Part shown: piece after piece, positions 24,805 through 32,640 of the stretch
How the letters are laid out: every line of letters begins with the position of its first letter
Numbering within the stretch: the first letter of the stretch is position 1
Source of the DNA: an uncultured Acidimicrobiia bacterium
Lineage (GTDB): Bacteria > Actinomycetota > Acidimicrobiia > Spongiisociales > UBA11373
Assembly: GCA_963796115.1 (NCBI GenBank)
Contig: CAWCKE010000005.1
Location: forward strand, 564,505 to 628,504
Reading direction: 5' to 3'
Length of the DNA stretch: 64,000 nucleotides
Notes under the pieces: generated by a model
The model's database searches: none
Told to the model about the DNA's origin: nothing
What the model saw: only the letters and a program-made list of their open reading frames with translations
Made by a program: the position numbers and the translations under genes

Positions 24805-25230
24805 TCAACCCCACGCCAACCCCACAGCCCGGCCGCTCATGACCTGGTCGAGGGCGTCGGCTGCGGCCTCGTCGAGGCCCTGGAGCAGATGCCCGTAGGT
24901 GTCCAGGGTGGTTCTGATCGAGGCGTGGCCGAGCCGCCCCTGGATCACCTTCGGGTGCTGGCCGGAGGCGATGAGCATGGCGGCGTGGCTGTGCCGAAGG
25001 TCGTGGAACCGGCAGGGTTCGCCTACCGAGGCCCGGACGGCCGGTGCCCAGTAGCGGTGCCGGAAGTTGGCGGCCCTGAGGGGACCTCCGTCGGCTGCCG
25101 GTGAAGACGAGGCCGTCCTTGCCGGGCGGGTAGGCCGCCAGGTGCCGGGCGAGTTCATCGACCAGGGCTTTGGGAACGGCTACCGCACGGACAGAGGCTT
25201 TCGTCTTGGGAGGCCCGTAGTGGACCCCCA
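24805..25230 (-). pseudogene. Tyrosine recombinase (phage integrase family), catalytic domain only
   Basis: PKTKASVRAVAVP (catalytic Arg box) ... FHDLRHSHAAMLIASG ... LGHASIRTTLDTYGHL (HxxR and catalytic Tyr). There is no N-terminal core-binding domain; the frame upstream reads into a TM/SH3-like module instead. One frameshift near 25070. Confidence 0.75.
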
Positions 25231-25536
25231 GTCCAAGGAACCCAACAGCGGCCAGGGTGACCAGAACGACGAGGAACGCTGTGACCGGATGACCCAGCCG
25301 CCCGGCGACAGCGAACGGCACCCAGCCCCGATGCCCCGACAGGCCCTCAGCCAGCACCCAGTACCCCGAGACCTCGACGGCCATGTAGGTGTTGCCCTTG
25401 CCCAGGAGGGCGATCTCCTGGTAGGTGTCGGGGTCCAGGACAGGCACCGACCGGGCGGCCCTGAACCGGAAAGGGGTCACTGGCACCCGACCGTTCGGAC
25501 CCCCGCCCTCAGGTGTCCACGGCGGCGGCACCGGCA

Positions 25537-26089
25537 TCACCGCTCCCCTTCCCCGTCCGGCCCGGGTTGGGCGGGCTGGAGCCGATCCTCGGCCACCCAG
25601 CCGGTCACGCCGTCGGCTGTGGCGACAAACACCTGCGTCCCGGTCCGCCGCACCTCGGCCACCACGGTCCCGCCCGCCATCGACCGGATGATCTCGCCGC
25701 CCATGCCGCTGCGCAGGTCCGCCCCCCGGCTCGGCGACAGACCAGAACGGACCGTCACCGTGGCCGTCGTAGCGCTCCAGGTCCCGGCCGCAGGCGGGGC
25801 AGCGCTCCCTTCCCCACCTGACCAACCGGCCGCAGGCGGGGCAGCGACGCCGCCCGACCCGACGCCCACTGCCCAAGACCACGGCCCACCACAGACCACC
25901 GAAGAGAACGAGCGGGGTCAGGATCAGCGGCAAGAGGATGACAGCACCCGACCCAGCAGTGTCCCGCTCGCTGAAAGCGTGCAGGGCGGGACTAAGGACG
26001 CAAGCCACGACGCCGGCGGCGGTGCACAACAGGGTCACCAGCAGAACGAGACCCGCAGCCCAGGGATGCTCCCGCCGCTCACCGCTCAT
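25537..26089 (-). CDS. Membrane protein with internal CPxCG zinc ribbon and C-terminal SH3-like module (array member A); one frameshift
   Basis: MSGERREHPWAAGLVLLVTLLCTAAGVVACV...LILTPLVLFGGLWWAVVLG...RCPACGRLVRWGRERCPACGRDL...WSVAEPG, then ADLRSGMGGEIIRSMAGGTVVAEVRRTGTQVFVATADGVTGWVAEDRL in ORF 25537's frame. Its start overlaps the end of member B. Confidence 0.55.
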
Positions 26090-26762
26090 CTGCACCCCCA
26101 TCACGGTCCGGCCTGGGTGCAGAAGGCTTCAGTTGATCCGCAGCCACCCAGCCGCTCAGTCCCTCGGCCGTGGCGACCAGGACCCGGCTGCCCGCCCGCC
26201 ACACCTCGGTCACTACCGTCCCTCCGCTCAGATACGCCCAGGGCTGGCCCCTCCACAGCCGCTGCTTCAGGTCGGCCCCCGGCTCCGCCACCGCCCAGGT
26301 CGGCCCGGTCCGCCCGGCGAGGCGACGCCGGAACCAGCCACCCTCGTGATCGATGCTGAGCCGCCAGGCGAACCAGAGGCCGCCCAGCACCACCAGGGAC
26401 AGACCCACCACCCAGGCGATGGCTTCACCTTGCGATGTCCAAGTCTCCGGGCGGCTGGAGTCATACGACAGGGTCGTCTCCACTGAGACCAGGAACCCGA
26501 CCGCCCCCACCAGGCCCACGGTGATCAGGACGACCAGCAGGGCAGCAACCGGGGAACCCCCCCGATCCCGCAGGAGCACGGCCGCCCCCAGACCCAGCAG
26601 GCTGGCGACCGGGAGGGCCACCTGGGCCGTCCTCCCCATCCAGGACGGGTACTGCCAGTTCAGGATGTCGGAGGACGGCAGTCCCAGCCACGCCACCCAG
26701 AGCAGGGCCGCCATCACGAACAGGATCACGGCCACCGGATGACCCCGCCGGGCCTTGCCCAT
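26079..26762 (-). CDS. Four-TM membrane protein with C-terminal SH3-like module (array member B); intact
   Basis: 227 aa from ATG 26762 (RBS GGAGGGGG). Four hydrophobic segments, then WAVAEPGADLKQRLWRGQPWAYLSGGTVVTEVWRAGSRVLVATAEGLSGWVAADQL, which is paralogous to the C-terminus of member A. Confidence 0.6.
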   Translation of the reverse strand: MGKARRGHPVAVILFVMAALLWVAWLGLPSSDILNWQYPSWMGRTAQVALPVASLLGLGAAVLLRDRGGSPVAALLVVLITVGLVGAVGFLVSVETTLSYDSSRPETWTSQGEAIAWVVGLSLVVLGGLWFAWRLSIDHEGGWFRRRLAGRTGPTWAVAEPGADLKQRLWRGQPWAYLSGGTVVTEVWRAGSRVLVATAEGLSGWVAADQLKPSAPRPDRDGGADER

Positions 26763-26781
26763 GAGCACCCCCTCCAACGCC

Positions 26782-26830
26782 GGAACGCTACGTCGCCCCC
26801 GGGCCTGGCCGGCCATCCGGCAACACCCGG
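26782..26830. repeat. Conserved upstream motif, copy 1 (5' of member B)
   Basis: ggaacgctacgtcgcccccgggcctggccggccatccggcaacacccgg is near-identical to copy 2. Confidence 0.6.
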
Positions 26831-26844
26831 ACCCGGTCACGGCT

Positions 26845-27300
26845 CTACCGCCAGACACTCTTGCGGCAGTTGGGGCATCGGATCGTCTCCCGGCTGATCG
26901 GCTGCCCGCAACGAGGGCATGGGATGGAAGCCTCCGGGGGAGGAGCGGCCCCAGGTGTGGGGTGGCTCGTCCCCGGTTCGACCTCCTCCCAGAGGTGGCC
27001 CACCTCTGCGAACAGCCCCGGTCCGGGTCGGCCACGCCTTCCCCGCACCGCACTGACCCACATTGCGGCCAGGACAATGTCGCCAATCACCCAAACGATG
27101 ACCGAGAACCCGATCAACGCGGCCTCCACGAGGCCCTGGTTCCCCCCCGTGCAGGTCATGTAGTTGCCGAACGGGCAGTCGATCGCCCGGTCGTAGGCGG
27201 CCCGCAGGTACAGGAACCACACCAGCATGGCGGTGTTGAAGGCCACCGCGACCAGCAGCCACGGTAGGGTCCCAGCCCGCCACTTGCGCACCACGCACAC
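26845..27300 (-). CDS. Membrane protein with C-terminal zinc ribbon (array member C); intact
   Basis: 151-aa ORF. TM segments LPWLLVAVAFNTAMLVWFLYL and ALIGFSVIVWVIGDIVLAAMWV. C-terminal CPRCGQPISRETIRCPNCRKSVW. Confidence 0.6.
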   Translation of the reverse strand: MCVVRKWRAGTLPWLLVAVAFNTAMLVWFLYLRAAYDRAIDCPFGNYMTCTGGNQGLVEAALIGFSVIVWVIGDIVLAAMWVSAVRGRRGRPGPGLFAEVGHLWEEVEPGTSHPTPGAAPPPEASIPCPRCGQPISRETIRCPNCRKSVWR

Positions 27301-27313
27301 CCCCTCTCATCCG

Positions 27314-27360
27314 GGAACGCTACGCCGCCCCCGGCTGCCCGGCCATCCGGCAACCCCCGG
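27314..27360. repeat. Conserved upstream motif, copy 2 (5' of member C)
   Basis: ggaacgctacgccgcccccggctgcccggccatccggcaacccccgg. Confidence 0.6.
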
Positions 27361-27388
27361 AGAGGGCCCCCTGCCTGGCGCCGCGGGC

Positions 27389-28650
27389 TCACCGTTCGCA
27401 CAGGTTCTTCCGGCAGTGGGGGCACCGGGTCATCTCCCGGTTGGTCGGGCTACCGCAGCGGGGGCGCCAGGGGAGCCGAGCCGAGCGGGACCCATCGGCG
27501 GGCCCAGCCGGAAGTCGACCTCGCCGATCCTACGCGGAGCCAGCCTGGACCCAGTGCGGGGAGGCAGTCGGGGCGGCGTCCGGGCGGCAGGGGCAAGCAT
27601 GACTGAGCGTTGCTCCACCCACCCGGTGTGACCGTCCGGGGTGGTGACCTTGGTCGGCACCCAGTACAGTCGATCCGCAGCCGGTTGGCCTCACGGGGCT
27701 GACGGGGACCGCAGCCCCTCTCGGCGGGCTGCGGTCGGGCCATACAGCGGCCGTCCACCGGATATTCCTCGTTCGCGTCGACCGCAGGCCCGACGAGGTG
27801 GCCACGCGCAGGCACGCCCGGCCGCGGCTGCAGCGGCCGATCCCGCGGGCGGCGAATCCCTCTGCCTCGGCCGCCCGGGCCATGGTCGCACTCGAAGTGA
27901 CCATCGGGGTGTGCCCGGTCGAGGAGGCCTGCATCAGCCGCGGTGGGCTGCTGCTCTCCACGCGCACGGCAGCGACCGCCCGCGACGAACAGATCGACGC
28001 CACGGGTCGGAATCGACGAACGCTGGTCGCCTCACCCGGCTCGACGGCGCCGGCCCAACCGTCGGCGGGCAGTCCGTGCTCCGCACGGTGCAGACCGTGA
28101 AGAGGCCGACAGCCGAGAAGCGATGAGCCCAGAAGATGAAGCCGACCACGTCCGCCAGCACGCCGACCCCACACCGCCCGGGAACGGCCGCTGGGCGACC
28201 GGATACCAGCGTCCACAGCCGCCGGCTCCACCCGCGACCAGCCAGGCTACCGGGCCGAGGACAACGAACGGCCGGAGGCCGACGTCCATCCGGCAGCACC
28301 AGCGACCCCGGCCTCTTCGACCCGGGGAGTTGGCAGGCGGGTGGGGGCGGCGGACACACCGCCGGCAGGGGGAACAGCCGGCGCGGGCGGCAGGGGCGGG
28401 CAGGTCCGCGCGCCGGTCTCCGGGCGGTGGAGGGGCCAGAGCCACCAGCAGGCCGCCGACGCGCTCGACGCCCGGCACGATCGCCGCCAGGGCCGCATCC
28501 CGACGGCTGACCGCCGAGGTCGGGTCCGCAGCGAGGGACCCATGGACGGCCAATTGGGCCATCAACCGGTCCGCAGGAGGCGACCATCCCGGGGACAAGG
28601 CGATGGATGGACGCCGTCGCCGGACTACCCGACGCTAACCGCCCTTCACG
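27389..28650 (-). pseudogene. Degraded array member(s) D: TM segments, SH3-like module and terminal zinc ribbon, scattered over three frames
   Basis: The 3' end reads ...YWVPTKVTTPDGHTGWVEQRSV... and RCGSPTNREMTRCPHCRKNLCER* (stop at 27389-27391), paralogous to the tail of member C. Upstream are the TM-like segments RPFVVLGPVAWLVAGG and ADVVGFIFWAHRFSAVGLFTV. I could not reconstruct a continuous frame. Confidence 0.35.
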
Positions 28651-28663
28651 ACCCGCTCCCACG

Positions 28664-28700
28664 GGAACGCTACGCCCCGCCGGAGCGCCCGGGCGGTCCC
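28664..28700. repeat. Conserved upstream motif, copy 3 (partial; 5' of member D region)
   Basis: ggaacgctacgccccgccggagcgcccgggcgg shares the GGAACGCTACGYC core with copies 1 and 2 and diverges afterwards. Confidence 0.45.
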
Positions 28701-28862
28701 AGCGGCCCCGATCTGCAGCCGAGGAGGCCAGTCCCGTCCTGGGCGACTACACGGGCCTGTGCGGGCTTCTGGTGACGCTTCTGCATCGGCAGGGGGCCTT
28801 GGAGCCGCATATAGATGACGCTATGCTACAAAGCGTCGCTAAGCGACATCTGGAGGACTCCG

Positions 28863-29509
28863 ATGCCATCCCGGCCCGCCATCACCACCAAGGGCTACCA
28901 CCGGGGCCGCACCCCGGCCAACAAGGGCCTGCAACGCTACCCGGCGGAGGTGCTCACCCCCGACGAGGTGCGGGCCTTGCTAGCCGCCTGCTCCAACCGT
29001 GCCCCCACCGGGGTGCGCAACAGGGCCCTGATCGCCGTCCTCTACCGGGGCGGGCTGCGGCTCGGGAAGCGCTGGCCGTCGATGCCCAAGGACCTGGACC
29101 CGGTCCAGGGGACGATCACCGTCCTGCACGGCAAGGGCGACCGGCGCGGACGGTGGGCTTCGACCCCGGAAGCGATGGCGCTGGTGCTGCGCTGGGCTGG
29201 ACCGGCGCAAGGCCCTCGGCATCGACGGCGGCGCAGGCTGTTCTGCACCTGGACGGCAGGCCGCTGAAGCCCTCCTATGTCCGCACCCTGCTGCCCCGGC
29301 TGGCCGCCAAGGCCGGGGTCGAGAAGCGGGTCCACCCGCACGGCTGCGCCATGCCCATGCCGCCGAGCTCATGTGGGAGGGGGTGCCGGTGCCGATCATC
29401 CAGCGGCAGCTCGGGGCACGCCAGCCTGGCGACGACGGACAGGTACTTGCGGTCGATAGCTCCGGCGGATGTGGTGGCGGTGATGCAGGCCCGTACCTGG
29501 CAGCCCTAG
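28863..29509 (+). CDS. Small tyrosine recombinase (XerC/D-like, about 215 aa); about 3 frameshifts as assembled
   Basis: MPSRPAITTKGYHRGRTPANKGLQRYPAEVLTPDEVRALLAAC...GVRNRALIAVLYRGGLRLG (Arg box) ...TITVLHGKGDRR... / RVHPHG.. / IIQRQLGHASLATTDRYL (catalytic Tyr). Pieces are in ORFs 28815..29267, 28607..29509 and a third frame. Confidence 0.75.
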
Positions 29510-29763
29510 GCGCAGAAACCGTCGGGGAGGGTAGCCGCGGAGGTCGGGGCGGGGATCCGCACGCCGCAGCAGACCAGCGAGGGATGACCGTGTGTTGCGA
29601 GAAGGCTACCGAGTGAGAGGGCCCGCCCACGACATGCCGGGGGGGGTGGCCCTGCCCATCGCGTCCGCCGACGCTGAGTCGTCGGGCCAGTCGAACCATC
29701 CCGCTGGCGGGTAGATCTCCCCGATCCAGCCCCACCCTTCAAGGGAGCGCAGCTAGCTCCGTG

Positions 29764-30822
29764 TCACCGCCCTGGAGGGCGTCGAACACTCGTCGGTCGT
29801 AATCGACTGTTCCCCGGAGCAACTGGCAGTAGGCGGAATTGGCTCCGGAGCAGGCGTCTCCGGGAGGGATGTCCTCCACGGTGTTCTCGGTGACATGCTG
29901 ACCGGGCACACCCGGCCGACCGAAGCACCTGGGTCGGCGTCAGTTCAGCGAGGAAGACCACTCCTTGCCTGCCTGTCCGGAAACGCTGCTCCCACTCCTC
30001 CCCGCAGCCATCAAACGGGACCTGCCGACCGGTGAGCGAGATGACCATCATCCCTGCGGTTGCCACCGGAGGGTCGACGGATGCGGCGTAACGCTGTCCG
30101 ACGACGAACTCCCCTTCGACAACCTCACTGCCCTCCTCAAGGACCGAGACCCGCACCTTCCAGAACCCGAGGTTCCACTCCCCCAAACGCGACCCCCTCC
30201 GACGGCACCTCCACGAGGGTCGGGGGCGCCAGCACCCGGACCGAAGATGAGGCCAATCCGTTCATACAGGCTGCCGTCATCGAAACGTACCTCGTGCTCG
30301 GCGGTGTGGCTGCCCGGTAGCGCCGCCTCGTGGCACCACTCCGCTGTGGTCTGCGAGAGGCCGAGCGTCGTCGAGGCAGTCGTCGTCGGTGGGAAGGTGC
30401 CGGTGGTCAGGTACGGCTCCCACTCCGCCCACCCCTCCTCAGCCCGGGCGATGATCGTCTCCACCTGATCCACCACCCCCGCCCCCTGCCAGCGGCCCAG
30501 CACCTCCCCCCCGAAGCGGGACAATCACCGTCGGCGTGCGGGTGATCGTCTCATCCGCCGGACGAACGAAGAACGGAATCTTCCCCGACCAGCACCTCCA
30601 GGGTCGTCTCCAGCGCCGGGGCACTGGGCGCAGCCCCCGCCAATGCAGGATGATCCCGTCCAGGGCGGAGGCGGGCACAGTCGTCGTGGTCGTCGTGCTG
30701 CTGGCCGTTGTCGTCCTCGTCGGGGCAGCCGTCGCGGACGGGGCCACGGTCGTGGTCTCCTCCGCTGCTTCCGTGCAGCCGACCACCACCACGGCCAGGA
30801 GCAGGATCAGGAGCAGGCGCAC
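29764..30822 (-). CDS. Hypothetical lipoprotein (island cargo); several frameshifts
   Basis: MRLLLILLLAVVVVGC|TEAAEETTTVAPS..., a Thr-rich linker, then RFGGEVLGRWQGAGVVDQVETIIARAEEGWAEWEPYLTTG...HEVRFDDGSLYERIGLIFGPG, then GEWNLGFWKVRVSVLEEGSEVVEGEFVVGQRY... in ORFs 30439.., 30048.. and 29764... Confidence 0.45.
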
Positions 30823-30844
30823 GGGGCGAACCTACCCCGCTCGT

Positions 30845-31279
30845 TCAGGACCGGCAGGAGGCGGGGGCGTGGGCCAGCGCCAAGCACACCTGCTCGATGA
30901 AACCGTCCAGGTCGTCGAGGACCGCCGGCCGGTCCACGGGTCCCCGTAGCACCCGGTGCTGGATATCGAAGAGGAACACGGTCGGGGCAGTGTCAACCTC
31001 CAGATCCCCGGCCTCCTCACTAGCCAGATCGACCTGGCGGAGCGGCAGATCGGAGCAGCGGCGGACGGCGGCCAGCACCTGGTCACACAACTCGCAGTCG
31101 GCTTCGACCACCACGCGTGAAGCACGCAGCGGGGCAGCCAGCGACCACTGGGTCAGATTCCAGACAAGGAACACCCACCCGTGGCCTTCCGGCAGCTCCA
31201 CATCCTCACCGGACATCTGGGCCAGCAGGGCCTCGTTGCATTCGGTCACGGACCCGTGGTAGCGCATGTAGTCCTGCAT
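30845..31279 (-). CDS. Hypothetical protein with a CxxC, glutaredoxin-like C-terminal half
   Basis: Intact 144-aa ORF. RVVVEADCELCDQVLAAV...PTVFLFD...RGPVDRPAVLDDLDGF resembles the glutaredoxin-like (DUF836-type) pattern. This is a weak call. Confidence 0.45.
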   Translation of the reverse strand: MQDYMRYHGSVTECNEALLAQMSGEDVELPEGHGWVFLVWNLTQWSLAAPLRASRVVVEADCELCDQVLAAVRRCSDLPLRQVDLASEEAGDLEVDTAPTVFLFDIQHRVLRGPVDRPAVLDDLDGFIEQVCLALAHAPASCRS

Positions 31280-31303
31280 TCCCTGCCTCGTCGCTCCTCC
31301 GTC

Positions 31304-31865
31304 TCATCGAGTCAGTGGCGTTATGCCACTCCTCTTCGGCGAGGGGGCAGGGAGCGTCGGGGCACGCAGACCAGGTGAAACGATTCGGCAGATCGATGGC
31401 GTACGCCCAGCCAGGCTCGACACCGTGATATGTGCAGCCCTCCACTCACCGCCGTGGAGCAGCACATCGATGTCCAGGTGCCGGAGAAGGCGCTGCCCCA
31501 CTCGCCCCCGGTGCTGCAGGAGGTGTGGGATGGGGAAAGGAGTCGCCGCCCAGGTACATCTCGCCAATCACCGGTTCACCCGTGGTCGGGTTGTCCCCGC
31601 AGAAGTACGCCGACACCATCCATGGCCACCCCGAACACCACCCGCTCCACGCCGGGATCTGACAGGCTTTGGCCAGACCACCGACAGTGACGGGTCGCTG
31701 TTCAATCTCACGGGACATGCCGCCCACATAGGCAAGATCGCCGTACCAGGACAGGCGCCTCCCCGACGGCGGCTCTGCAAAGGTCAGCAGGCCCAGGACC
31801 CCCTTGTTGCCCGCCCACAGGTAATTCGCCAGAGGGCGGACGCTGCCACCGACCCCGCCGGGCAC
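31304..31865 (-). CDS. Hypothetical protein (island cargo); frameshifted, boundaries uncertain
   Basis: Protein-like pieces: LANYLWAGNKGVLGLLTFAEPPSGRRLSWYGDLAYVGGMSREIEQRPVTVGGLAKACQIPAW...FCGDNPTTGEPVIGEMYLGGDSFP, then VEGCTYHGVEPGWAYAIDLPNRFTWSACPDAPCPLAEEEW. Confidence 0.35.
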
Positions 31866-31874
31866 GCCTCCGGA

Positions 31875-32117
31875 TTACACGCCGGTCCCAGCCCGCTCAC
31901 CGGCATCGGGTCCGCCGTGAACGGGTCCAAGAGAGTGGTCGTTGTTGTGGGCGAGATGGTCGTGGTGGTCGTGCTTGTCGTCGCACTGCTCGTCATCGTG
32001 GTCGTAGGTGCTGTTGTTGTCGTGGACGGAGGCAACGGTCGTGGTGGTCTCCGCCGCCTCCTGCGTGCAGCCCGCCGCCAGCAGCCCCAGCAGGATCACG
32101 GCTGCTGCCCGCCTCAT
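31875..32117 (-). CDS. Small lipoprotein with a His/Asp-rich tract; paralogous leader to the 30822 lipoprotein
   Basis: MRRAAAVILLGLLAAGC|TQEAAETTTTVASVHDNNSTYDHDDEQCDDKHDHHDHLAHNNDH.... The leader plus GCT(Q)EAAETTT matches the gene at 29764-30822. It may be the N-terminus of the 31304-31865 ORF if the TAA at 31875 is an assembly artefact. Confidence 0.45.
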   Translation of the reverse strand: MRRAAAVILLGLLAAGCTQEAAETTTTVASVHDNNSTYDHDDEQCDDKHDHHDHLAHNNDHSLGPVHGGPDAGERAGTGV

Positions 32118-32640
32118 CGCCACCTCCAGTGCCGACGCTACACCGGGCACCGGGGCCGTGGTCGAGGTGTGCCGGCCCGCACCTGGGCGGCGTGAGCGGG
32201 GCGCAGAGGTCGTTTCTTTCGTAATAGGGGTCTATATCTCTTCTTGTTAAGAAGAAAGGTCTCTGCCCCGGCGTGGGTGCCACCGCCACTGGTGACGGGC
32301 AGCCGCAATCGCAGAAGTCCCCCGGGAACCTGGCCGCCCGGACGGGTTCCTGTTCGCCGCAGCGGACGAGCTGGGGATGTCGCGCGGCGGTGCCGCTCAG
32401 GGGAGGGTGTGGAGGCCGTCCTCATCGCTGTACCAGACGGTGCCGTCGGGAGCGACATCGATCGCCCCGACCGCTTCCCTGCGATATGAGTGGCCTACTC
32501 GGTCCCGTCGAAGGAGGCCAGGTTGTCGCCAGCGACAAACCACGCCACCCCGTCTGAGCTCTCATCCCCTGACGGTTGGGTGTAGGGTCCGGCTGTGGGA
32601 CTTACCAGGGAGGCGGTCGGGCCCACTGAAGGGGGGAGTC

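Noticed and set aside
31440-31450. In-frame TGA followed immediately by GTG (possible read-through, selenocysteine or coupled restart)
   Set aside because: - The 60 codons or so before the TGA are Pro/Ala/Gly-rich and look out of frame.
- A better path switches frames twice around this point, so the stop is most likely a by-product of indels.
- I saw no SECIS-like hairpin.
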